Below, piece by piece: positions 25,944 through 37,373 of a DNA stretch of 64,000 nucleotides; the first letter of the stretch is position 1, and each line of letters opens with the position of its first letter. The stretch comes from Felis catus (Eukaryota): the NCBI RefSeq assembly GCF_018350175.1, contig NC_058368.1, positions 22,260,001 through 22,324,000 on the forward strand. The letters run 5' to 3'. The translations under genes and the position numbers were made by a program. The notes below the pieces were generated by a model that worked only from the letters and a program-made list of their open reading frames with translations, had not been told where the DNA came from and made no database searches.

Positions 25944-27078
25944 CTTAAAAAAAAAAAAAAGAATATTAAAAAATGAACTAAATACATTCATCCCTCTCCC
26001 TCCACAATGTGTCTTCTGAAACTATGTTTGTAATCTGAGATTTTTATTTCCTAGTTTTTACTTTAGTTCGTATTCAGCAGTTTGTGGCTCTTCAGGTTTC
26101 TTCACTTCAGTTTCTATTTCCATTTTAACTGCGATCACTAATTATAATACCATTATATATATATCTGAACCAGTCACTAAGTTTTTCTAATATAAAGTAT
26201 ATTGTTTTTCATAGTTAAAAAAAAAATACTCTCTGAAATTCTCATTTCCCAATCTCCTACCTCTTAACAGTTACAAGTTAACTATTTGTTTCTTAAAAGG
26301 TCTTAACTATGGTTCCCAAAATAAAAATATAAATGACTTGACCAGAACTTGTATTCATAACTGATATATCTGAAACTTTAGCTTAACTCTTCTGAAATAT
26401 CATTCATTCTGATTTCAGAATGATCAGAAGGTCTCAAATATATGGGGAAATATTTTTGTTAATATAACAGTTATGAGGTTGTTAAAGCATTAAAGTGTGT
26501 TTGTGAGGAACGGAAATCATAAAGAAAAGGAAGTAGTACTCAGAGTTCAAATAGTAGAAATTACTCACAAGCTGGGGAAGGTTCCTAGGGAAATATGGGG
26601 ATTTTAAGAGAAAAAAAACTTCTGAAGAAAGTAATGGAGACTACTCAATCCTAACTACAGAGTATATAGATAGACTGGTAAATGACACAATGAGTTGCTT
26701 TCAAGGACTTACATATAAAGAAGTTGGGAGAAATAAAAAACTAAAGTTGATAAAAACCAGAACAGCCATGTCAAAGGCACAGAAAGAGAGGAAAATGAAT
26801 CTGAATGAACCTTATTAGGGTTTTTCTTTCAGACAGAAATTTCTCTTGGCTAGTAAAATTTACAATATAAGTGAAATTACTAATTGAGCTTTCCCAAATT
26901 ATAAGAAGTACCCTAGCAACAATTTGGGTTCTAAAACTTTTTCTCACATTTAGAAGTGTTCTTAATCTACAGCTTATCTGAAGCATGATGAAATAACTGA
27001 AAGAATATACTTTTGGTTGATTAAATAATGATGAAAAGTACCAACAGGAATAGATAGATGAGTGTTTTAAACTGTTAC

Positions 27079-27348
27079 CTTCTATTTCTGTATCAATTTG
27101 TGCACCACCTTTCCCTTTCCCGGACTTGTTCTTTGTTGAACCTATGTTTACACCACTAGCATTTTGCCCTTTTATAAGCCCATTATGTTCATTTATGGGA
27201 GAAGGGCATTTCTGGGGTGATGATGGTGGACTGCTCATTTTATCCTTCTGTGTTCCTTGGCGATCCTTTAATTTTTTCTGCAAACGTTCATATGTTTTGC
27301 TAGATCTTTCATCTCTAAAGTTGGACCTTCCATGTGTAGAGTGAGCAT
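27079..27348 (-). CDS. FNDC3A: FNDC3A exon (270 nt) DAHSTHGRSNFRDERSSKTYERLQKKLKDRQ...DTEIE
   Basis: cttcttag|AT GCT CAC ... ATA GAA G|gtaac; phase 1->1; overlaps ORF 26771..27283. Confidence 0.97.
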
Positions 27349-28139
27349 CTAAGAAGAAATAAAATAGAAGGAATGGGAAATAAATTTATCATTACATTAT
27401 ATAAAAATTATTATGAAACATTTCAAAGAATAATTCTGCAAAACAAAGCTATTTCTATTTATCCATCAACTGACAGAACCAAACTTTTTGATTATAATTA
27501 CATATATCAAATAAATTTAGAGATATTTCTCTTCTTCATCTTTTCCCAATTAACTATTAATCTCCACAGAAGCAGCTTGGTGGTATGTTATGACAATCAT
27601 AGGTGGGGAATAAGATCTGAATTGAAATGTGTACAGTTCTTTTTTTCTTCTGCTCTTTTGTAGCCATCATTTTTAGCATCTCTTTCAACTTCAAACATAT
27701 AAAATAAGTAAACAGAAAACCACCACCTGCCTAAATTCCCTGACGACTAAAACAAAACAAAAAACAAAACACCACAAACCAAATCATCACTGAAAAAGTT
27801 TCAGGAGTTAAGGAAAAAAAGTGGGATTGTTTACTAACAACAGAATCCAGGTACAAAATACTGCATCTCTGTATATCATAAACTCAAGGGTGTGATTCAG
27901 AAGAACATATTTATTCTACTAAAAGTCACATAACACTATAATAAAATCAACAAACTCCAAAAATATTGTTAAATTAATTGTCTTCAGAGTTTTTTAGTTT
28001 CAATTTAAAATCTGTAATGAGAAAAACATTTTTTAAAAAGCCTCAAAAATCTTAGTAAAGTTTTCATTTATCAGTGTCTTAAGAAAATTAGTACAATACT
28101 CTTGAAATGAGTATTACAAGGATAGGTACATAAAACATT

Positions 28140-29120
28140 AGAATAAAAAAACATAGGCATTTGGTTATCTACATGTAAAAGAATGAGTCTGGACACCTAC
28201 CTCACACCATATACAAAAATTAAAATGAGTCAAAGACCTAAATGTAGGAAGTAAAACTATTAAACTCATAGAAGGAAACACAGCTGTAAATCTGTATGAC
28301 TTTGGGTTAGATAATAGTTTCTTTGATATGACACCAAAAGCACAAGCAATCCAAGAAAAATAAATCAGATTCACCAAAATTTTCTTTTCTGCATTAAAGG
28401 ATACCACTGAGAAAGTGAAAAGACAATATGGGAGAAAATACCTGCATATCATAAATCTGATAAGGACTTGTATCCAGAATACATCAAAACTATTACAGCT
28501 CAACAATAAAAAGACAAATAACCCAAATAAAAAAATGAGTGCAGGATTTGAACGGACATCTCTTGAAAGAAGATAAACAAATGGCCACTAAAGCAAATGA
28601 AAAGATGTTCAATATCAGTAATGAGACAAGCAAATGAAAACCACAATGAGACAAAAGTTCATACTTACCAGAATGGCTAGAATCAAGTTTTAACAAGGAT
28701 ATGGAGAAATTAGAACCCTCACACATTGCTGATAGAAACGTAAAATAGTGCAAACACTAAAGAAAAGTTTTGCAGCTTCTCAAGAAGTTAAACATAAAAT
28801 TACTATATAAGCCAGCAATTCCACTCTTAGATATATACCCAGAAGTGAAAACCTGTCTACTTGTTTACAACTGTCAAGGCATCATTATTCGTAATAGACA
28901 AAAAGTGGAAACAACTCAAATGCCCATCAGTTAATAAATGAGTAAACAATGTCATATCCACATAATGTAGTACTTTTCAGCCATAAGCAGGGAGTATCAT
29001 CATGCTACACTCTTGAACTAAGCCTTAAGTAGCCTAAATGAAAAAATGCTAGACATAAAAACAACATATTGATTGAACATTTATATCAAATATACATATT
29101 GTGCATATATTTATATGAAG
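28140..29120 (+). mobile_element. Old L1M ORF2 3' / 3' UTR fragment
   Basis: cctacctcacaccatatacaaaaattaa...ccagcaattccactcttagatatatacccag L1 signature; many stop codons. Confidence 0.9.
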
Positions 29121-29469
29121 GAGCTAGAATTTCCTTTTCACGGAGGCAGCTACTGGTTATAAAACTGTTATTTGGATCCAGTGGTAGATGCTTTGGCTTA
29201 TAATCTTAAATACAATACGACTCTTGTCTTCCATCACCGGGTAGCTAGTTTTTAAATTTGTACTCTTTAATGGGTTTGTATTTTTCACTTTCCTTCACAA
29301 CATTATGAATCATATCCATGTATTCTAATATCCCCTCTGAACAACAATGGGTTCTAACAATGCGAAATAGCAATAATTATCACATCTAGTTTTTTATTGT
29401 AATTTTCTCAAACACCTTTTTAAAAATAAGTCATAATAGAAGAATGAGACTGATTTGTAGTATAAACTC

Positions 29470-29605
29470 TTACTACTCAAGTTTTCACTGGACCACTGCA
29501 TGAGCCTTACCTGGGAGTTTGTTAGAGATGCAGAAACCCAAACTCCATCCAGACCCACAGAATCAATATGCATTACTTGGGCAACAGAAGTTAAGTTTGA
29601 AAAGT
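29470..29605 (+). mobile_element. MER5A-like hAT-Charlie MITE
   Basis: acctgggagtttgttagagatgcagaa...ccagacccacagaatca. Confidence 0.7.
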
Positions 29606-29699
29606 ATACATGATACATGACATAACATATAAGATACTGCTTATAGGCTATGCTGTGTATTTAAAGTTCTATATTTAGAGTTGTTTACTCTGTAAATTT

Positions 29700-30840
29700 A
29701 CTAAACATTAATGATAGATACTACTAAGTGCAGGTGACAAATAAAAAAGATTTAGTTCTCAGGGGGTTTACTGTCAAACAACGAAGACAGACATACAAAT
29801 TAAAACAAAATCAAATTGTGTTAAGTTCTGTGAAGGAAACAGGTTTCAGTGTGAGTGACTGATAAGACCACAGAGGGTCTCTATGAAAGCTGAAATCTAT
29901 CGGGAAAAAAACAGAGCCTTCTACAGAAAAGGGAAAAGAGCAATCCTGGCAGAGAGAACATGGTGTTCTCAAAAAGAGCTTGGAGGTTTTGAAAAGCTGA
30001 AGGGGGTGGGATGGGGACAAGTAGAAGAAAGCAGTCAGAGGCCACAGGGCAGGGCCTTATCCAGGCCAGTGGTTTGCAACCAAGGCCAATTTTGGCCCAT
30101 AGGGTTCATTCAGCAATGTGTGGAGATAATTTTAGTTGTCACAACTGGGTGAGGATAGGGGAGGGTGGGTTGATATGCTACTGTCATCTGGTAGGTAGAC
30201 AGCATGGCTTCTCCTGAATATCCTACAATGCAGTTTTGTGCTCCAAAACAAAGACTCATCCATTCCCAAATATCAAGAGTACAGAGGTTGAGAAATCCTG
30301 GTCTAAGGCAAGGTTCAGGATTTTATTCTAAATAAAATGAAATGTTTAAATAAAAATAGAAATCAGATTTATATTTTAAAATGATCACTCTGGCTGAGCT
30401 TGGATGGCTGGGGGCAAGAATGACAGCAGAGAACCAACTGGAAAACTGCTCTTGCAGTTGTTCTGACAAGAGCTGACAGTGGACTAGATTTGAGTAGAAG
30501 TGGGGAAAAAAGTAGATAAAACTGGGAAACTTCTGAAAGTAAAGCTGGTAACAATTGATGCAGGGGTTAAAGAAGTAACAATCAAATTTGACTATATGCC
30601 TTTCACTTGAGCAAACTGAGTGGCAGTGGTATCACGTATCAAGACAAAGACGACAGAGAAAAAGCAGGCTACATGATTGAGATTTATGTTTAGAAACAAT
30701 ATAACTGAGATGCATGAGACATTTAAGTGGAGGTATCAAGAAGAAATTAAGCCTTCTGAAGCTTAGAGGCCAGGTTTTGGCTGGAGATACAAATCTGAGA
30801 GGAATTAGTATATGGTATTTAAACCCATAAGAAAGAATAA
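29700..30840 (-). mobile_element. L2 fragments interrupted by MER20 (30067-30300)
   Basis: MER20 ends cagtggtttgcaacc ... ggttgagaaatcctg; flanks are purine-rich L2-like (aaaatgatcactctggctg). Confidence 0.7.
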
Positions 30841-31306
30841 GATTACTTCTTTGTGGATGTGTGTGTGGTTGTCTATTCTTCCCAATAATTTGTTAACTCC
30901 CTGGGGGCCAATGTTGTATCTTATTTTGTTTTTTCAATCCTTTACATAACCTAGCAACTTTGGTAAGTGGCATCACAGCTTTAAGGATTTAACAACAGTA
31001 TGATTACTCCTGGCTGAAAACTTTCCTCAGAGCCTAGTTGGCAAGACAGAGAAGAAAAGCTCTAGTTTGAACATATCCTCACTAAATATTGCTGCATGAT
31101 ATAAGTTATTTTACCTTTTTGATTTTGTTTACTTTTTGCTTTGAAGGGTGATCATGAGGATGAAATACTTAACACAGTGCTGGGGCAAGAGAACATAAGT
31201 ATGACACTAGGTTGGTCATTTCTTTTATATAACAGGATAGACAGCATCTGTTCTATCCAAGTAAAGAAGAACTAATTCCATAAAATAGGAATATTTTTTA
31301 TCTTAC

Positions 31307-31547
31307 CTACATCTCCATATACTTGAGAAGACTGATACTGTGGCATATACTGTGTTGCCATGTCTCCAGCTCCGGTCACTGGGGAGTACATATGGCGTGG
31401 TGGAGGGGGCATCATGGTTGGGACAGGAATGAAACCAGGCAGAGGAGGAGGATGTGGAGAACGGTGTAGAACTGTGTGACCACCAGGATGAAACTCTGGT
31501 GCCTGAGGAACCACAACAACTCTTCGAACACCATTGTCTTCGATAAC
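31307..31547 (-). CDS. FNDC3A: FNDC3A exon (241 nt) VIEDNGVRRVVVVPQAPEFHPGG...SSQVYGDV
   Basis: tttgtag|GTT ATC GAA ... GAT GTA G|gtaaga; phase 0->1; overlaps ORF 31272..31514. Confidence 0.97.
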
Positions 31548-32139
31548 CTACAAATTGAACATTAAACATTTCTTCCATAAGATATAAGCAATTCTTTTGT
31601 AAAAGGTTAGAGAAGGAATTTTTATAGCATTAGAAGTTCATTAGAAGTTCATATTAAATACACTAAGTACACATGAATTAGTAGTGAACAAGATGAGGTA
31701 GTTTTTATTATACAATGCAATATAAATCTTAAAACACTGATGAGATTAGCTAAATAATAATACAAATAATGAACTACAATATCAGGTATTTATTCCTATG
31801 TGTTATGTGCATTTAGTGATGCGTTAACAACAAAAGGAGACTCAAGGGAATTTTTGGGTTAAATAACAACAGGATTAGGAATTAATTTCCTTTTCCATAT
31901 TATGGGCAGGAATAAGCTGTGGAAAGAACACAAACTGTGAAATAGATATGGGGAAAAAAACTGGATCCAGATATCTAAAATCAACCATATATTGCATTTA
32001 GGTACAAAATTCTTATGACCATGACCAGGAGAATTTTAACAGTTGAGGATCTTTTCAAGGGAGACAAACACCTAATATATTATTAACTCCCAGTTAAGCG
32101 AAGTATCTGTGGCTTTCAGTTTTAGAAATTATATATTTT

Positions 32140-32578
32140 CTTAAAGTTTTTATTTTAATTCCAGTTGGTTAACATACAGTGTCAAATTAGATCCTGGTGT
32201 ACAATATAGTGAGTTAACACTTCCATACAACCCTGGATGCTCCTCACAAGTGCACTCCTTATTCTCCATCACCTATTTAACGCCAACTCCCCACACCCCA
32301 CCGCCCCCGCTCTTGTAACCATCTGTGTGTTATCTATAGTTAAGTGTCTATTTCTTGGTTTGCCTCTCTGCTCCTTTTTTTTTTTTTCCATCTGCTCGTT
32401 TGTTTTGTTTCTTAAAATTCCACATATGTGTGAAGTCATCTAGTATTTGTTTTTCTCTGACTTATTCTGCTTGGCATAATAAATACTCTCTAGCTTCATC
32501 TGTGTTGTTGCAAATGGCAAGATTTCATTCATTTTTATGGTTGAGTAATATTCCATTTTATATATACACCAAATCTTT
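32140..32578 (-). mobile_element. 5'-truncated carnivore L1 3' end
   Basis: T-rich tail, then gttaacatacagtgtc...gttgcaaatggcaagatttcattc...taatattccatt; homologous to 20894-21420. Confidence 0.9.
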
Positions 32579-32597
32579 TTTTCCCCTTAGATCTAGT

Positions 32598-32797
32598 ATT
32601 AGGGTTCGGTTTAGTGACAGAATAATGGTTAGAGTTAGGGTTAGGGACAGTGTGAGGGTATGTGCCTAACTCTAACCTCTAATCTTAACCCTGAAGTTAT
32701 CCTTCTGGAGAGGTCTCTGAAGTACTGGATAATAGGCACATATCCTCACACTGTCCCTAACCCTAACCATTATTCTGGCCCTAACCCATACCCTAAT
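32598..32797. repeat. Inverted repeat built from degenerate TTAGGG/CCCTAA hexamers plus unique spacer sequence
   Basis: Arm 32598-32668 is the near reverse complement of arm 32733-32797. Confidence 0.9.
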
Positions 32798-32964
32798 CTT
32801 AGAAATCATACCTTTTTGAAATGGGGTTTAAACTGTAGGAAAGGAGTTTTTAAAATAACAGATTTATTCCCTTTGAACCTCATTGGAGCTACAAGGAAAG
32901 CCTTCCGGATATAGGATTTTATCTCAAAATTAGGAATTCTTCTACCAAAACAGGGCCCCTACCT

Positions 32965-34628
32965 TTTTATTTTTATTTATTTTTTAATTGTTTTTAAACT
33001 TTTATTTAGAGCCTGACGCAGGGTCAAACCCACATACAGATCGTGACCTGAGCCGAAGTCTGATGCTTAACTGACTGAGCTACCCAGGTGCCCCAAGGGC
33101 CCTTACCTTTTTAGACTTACAAGATTACTATCAAGGTATAAGAAATCAACAATAATACTTTTCCCCTTCCTAAAGAAACAGAAAATTATTGAAATGCAAA
33201 GCGCTAACTTAAAGGCAAATTCTGATATTTTCAGGAAGAACAAGTTTTACTATTCTTTTTATTTATTTATTAAAAGCTTTTTTTTAAAGAAAATGTTTAT
33301 TTATTTTTGAGAGAGAGTGTGAGCGAGCACAAGTGGGGGAGAGGCAGAGAGAGGGAGACACAGAATCTGAAGCAGACTCCAGGCTGAGCTGTCAGCACAG
33401 AGCCCGACGCAAGGCTAGAATTTAGAAACTATGAGATCATGACCTGAGCCAAAGTCAGATGCTTAACCGACTGAGCCACCAAGGCACCCCAAGTTTTCTT
33501 AAGAATAGCAAATTTTGGGGGTGCGTGGTTGTCTCAATAGGAAAAGCATGCAACTCTTGACCCTGGGGTTATGAGTTTGAGCCCCATGCTGGGAGTAGAG
33601 ATTACATAAATAAACTTAAAAAAAAAAAAAAAGAATAGCAATTTTTGTATTATAAAAATATACATGCTTGGTAGATATATTAGAAAACACACTTGTTTAG
33701 GTATAGATAAGCTTAAATTACAAATAAATAATTATTGCTTTAGAAAAATTATAGTTACAATTAAAACAGCCTATTAAACTACCCTTACCTGTTGGAGTAG
33801 GAGAGGACTTGTTAACAGGACTAGAAGACCAAATGACTTCGCTGTTTTTTACATACTAACTCTAGAACTATAAATGCCTTGCTTCCAGCAAAATAAATGT
33901 CACATATCCTGATTTTCTCCCTGTTTTAACTCAGTTTTGAATTTAAAGCCTCAGACAAGTGTATGTAATTGGTAGAAATGAAATATCTGGATCCCTAGCT
34001 GGAGAATCTGGAAACCATAGCTTTTCAGCCTCTAACCCACAGGAAGGGACATTAGGAGTCTGGAGTGGATTTTGAATAAGCCAAACCAGTGTCTGTTGCA
34101 ATACACTACTTTCACCATTATCAACTCTCCAACTCACAAAGATTAAATGACTCCCATTGTTGATAGGATTACAGTCCATATTCTCTGACACTGTGTTCAG
34201 TCTTGCTCCAACCTACCTTCCTAGATGTATTTTTCTTCTACACCAAATCCTGAACCCTTAACTCCAGTCAGGCTGGTATAACTAAAAACCTATCTTCATA
34301 CAGACCTATACATTTCTGTATCTTGGACTTTTGTTTGTGCCATCTTTCTTCTACTCTTTGCTTCCCCTTAATCTATAACTACACAAATCCCATCCATCCT
34401 TCCATATCTAGCTCTAACTTTACCTTCTCCATTCATTTTAAAAGTATTTTTTAAAGTTTATTTATTTTTATTTTGAGAGAGAGCTTGAGCAGGGGGAGGG
34501 GCAGAGAGCGAGAGAGAGACAGAATCCCAAGCAGGCTCCGCACTGACAGCAGGGCTCGATCTCACAAACTGGGAGATCGTGACCTGAGCCAAAATCAAGA
34601 GCTGGATGCTTAACTGACCAGGCACCCC
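32965..34628. mobile_element. Four CAN-SINEs: 32965-33094 (-), 33278-33490 (-), 33517-33632 (+), 34447-34628 (-)
   Basis: Heads and tails; TSDs agggccc(c/t)taccttttt and aagaatagcaa. Confidence 0.88.
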
Positions 34629-34679
34629 TAAAAAATAATTTGTTTTTGACCACAACAAAGACATTGGTAATAATTAAGG

Positions 34680-36400
34680 CAAGAAACTAATGTGAGTAAT
34701 GTCTTTGTAGGGTCACATACACTAATAGGGATGATAAACACAAAAACAGAAGTAAATCATTTATATAATTTTGCAAGGTGAGAAATATTATGGGGGGGAA
34801 AAACAGGTAAGTGAGACCAGAAGTATCGTGGGAGTAGGACAGATTGCAGGTAAGATAGAGTGACTAGGATATGCCTTATTGGCAAAATGAAATTTGAACA
34901 GAACTGAAGGAATTAGCCATGGAGAAATCTGGAAGTGTGTTCTGGGCAGAGAAAACAGAACAAAGCCTCTAATAGATATAAGTAGCTTTAGTAGGAAGTC
35001 AGTGCAACTGGTTCAGTGTAAGAAGGAAGGGTAGAAGCAGGTAAGGTCAAAGAGTTAAAGGGAGTGGCCAGGTCAGGTAGGGCCATATGAGCTATTAAAT
35101 ACATGGACTTCAGTATTTACTCTCAGTGAAAGGGAAAACAATCACAAAGTTTTGGGCAGAAGGGTGATATAAGCCACTGGTGCCCAGCCAGAGGTGATTT
35201 GGCAGTATCTGGAGAAGGGCATTTGGCAGTATCTGGAGACATTTTTGGCTGTCACAACTGGGGGCAGATACTACCAGAATCTAGTAGGTAGAACGGTCAG
35301 AGATGCTGCTCAATACCCCAGAACACAGCAGACAATTCCCTATAACAAAAATTATTGGGCCTAATAAAATGTCTGTAGTGTCAAAGTTGAGAAATCTTGA
35401 TATAACCTTACAATTAATAGGATTACTCTCTGGCTACTGAGTTGAGAAAAGATTGTAGGGCAAGGGAAAAAAACAGGGAAACCAAGGAAAACAGGAAGCT
35501 ATTGCAGTATCTAGGCAAGAAATGGTGGTGGCTTGGAGCAGGTGGTAAAAAGACATCCGCATTCTGCATATATTTGAAGGCAGAACAACAAGATTAGCTG
35601 ATGACACCACTGGAGAAGTGAGAACAAGAAGTTATGGAAGGGTGGTGTTCCATCAACTGTGAAGGGGAAGACTGTAGGGTAGAATAAATTATTTTGGGGG
35701 GTAAGATTTGGAGTTTTAGGTTTTGGACACATGAATTTGCTTACGTCTATGAGACATCTAAGTGGAAATGTTGAGTATGTAGTTAGATATACTAGTCTGT
35801 AGTTCTGAAAAGACTGCAAAAGGGCAAGCAAGCAAGGTAGGAAGAGGACTGTGGTGTCTGGAAGTTTGGTGAAGTGTATCAAGGAGGAAAGATCAACTTT
35901 GCTGCTGAAAGGTCAAGTAAAATGAAGACTAAAAGCTGACCACTGGATTTGGCAATGTGAAAGTCACTGTGACTTGGATGAGGACAGTTTTGGTCCTCAT
36001 CCCCTAATCACAGGGGCAGACCCTGAATGGAGTGGGTAAGAGACAAAGTGGGGAGCAGAATTAGAGAGATAAAAGCCCAATTTTGGGAACTATTCCTGCA
36101 GAGGGGAACACAGAAATAGAGTGGTGGCTAGTAGTAGTAGAATCAAATACCTTAAAATTTGTTTTTAGGGAGAGCAATTACAACATGCCAATATACTAAT
36201 CAGAATGACCCATCAGAGAATAAGAAATTGATGATGTGGAAGAGAGAGAAGAAAATGCAGGCAAAAGGGAATGGGATCCAAGACTCCAATGGGGGCACTG
36301 GGTCTAGACAGGAGCAGGAAAGTCTGTCTCTGTTCTACGTGAAAAGGAAGAGTGTTAGTTGAGATGAGAGGGCAGAACATGTAACCCCAAATGTTGGTAG
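34680..36400 (-). mobile_element. L2 fragment with a nested MER20 (~35175-35400)
   Basis: ggagttttaggttttggacacatgaatttg..., gaccactggatttggcaa L2 motifs; MER20 core atctggagacatttttggctgtcacaactggggg. Confidence 0.8.
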
Positions 36401-36609
36401 ACATGCGGGGCTAGGGGTCTGCAGAAGGTTTATTTTGATTGATTTCCATGAACCCTATCCCGACACCGCAATCTCAATGACCTCTCCCTCTTATCATTTC
36501 TATTACATTTATTCTGTATCACTTGGTAGGTATTTATAACACTGTAGTGTTTGTAACTTTCCAAATGCATGTGTTTTATAACTTAACTGTAAGTTCCTCA
36601 AGGGACATG

Positions 36610-36790
36610 TATTAACTATTTAATGTTTGTAACAATATTACATAATAGGTACTATTATCTCCATTTTTCAGATGGGGAAACTGAGGCATACAGATGCTAA
36701 GTAACTCACTAAGATCACACAGGCAGTAAGTGGAGGAGCCAGTATTTGAACTCTTGCAATTTGGCTTTAATTCCATGTCATATCCATTTT
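36610..36790 (-). mobile_element. MIR
   Basis: ctattatctccatttttcagatggggaaactgaggcatacag core. Confidence 0.85.
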
Positions 36791-37142
36791 GTAGACACAG
36801 AATCCACAGGTACCTGTCCTCCAGGGTCTTTTTAAATTTCACAACACAAGTGAGGTATCTCACTGTTTAAATAGAAATGGCTAAATTACTTATGAAATTA
36901 AAAACCACTTTTCTTCTGAAAACGAACATTTAAAATACAAAGATAAGCTGTGGGAAAGAAGAATGGGAAGCTATTGTTTATTTGGTACAGTTTCAGTTCT
37001 GCAACTGAAGAGTTCAGAAACAGATGGTAGTGAAGGGAGTACAACACAGAATATACTTAACACCACTGAACTGTACATTTAAAGTTATAATGGTAAATTT
37101 TGTTATGTATATTTTAACACAATTTTAAAAAAGAAAGCTAAT

Positions 37143-37373
37143 GGGGCGCCTGGGTGGCACAGTCGGTTAAGCGTCCGACTTCAGCCAGGTCACGATCTCG
37201 CGGTCCGTGAGTTCGAGCCCCGCGTCGGGCTCTGGGCTGATGGCTCAGAGCCTGGAGCCTGTTTCCGATTCTGTGTCTCCCTCTCTCTCTGCCCCTCCCC
37301 CGTTCATGCTCTGTCTCTCTCTGTCCCAAAAATAAAAAAAATAAAAAAAAATAATAAAAAAAAATAAAAAAAT
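37143..37373 (+). mobile_element. Young felid CAN-SINE (antisense to FNDC3A)
   Basis: Near-identical to the copies at 1832 and 62604; long A-rich tail; TSD aaaaaagaaagc. Confidence 0.95.

Noticed and set aside
32598..32797. Ancient chromosome end-to-end fusion site (head-to-head TTAGGG/CCCTAA)
   Set aside because: It lies inside a continuous gene with colinear exons on both sides, and non-telomeric spacer sequence is also inverted. A local insertion or fold-back explains it better.
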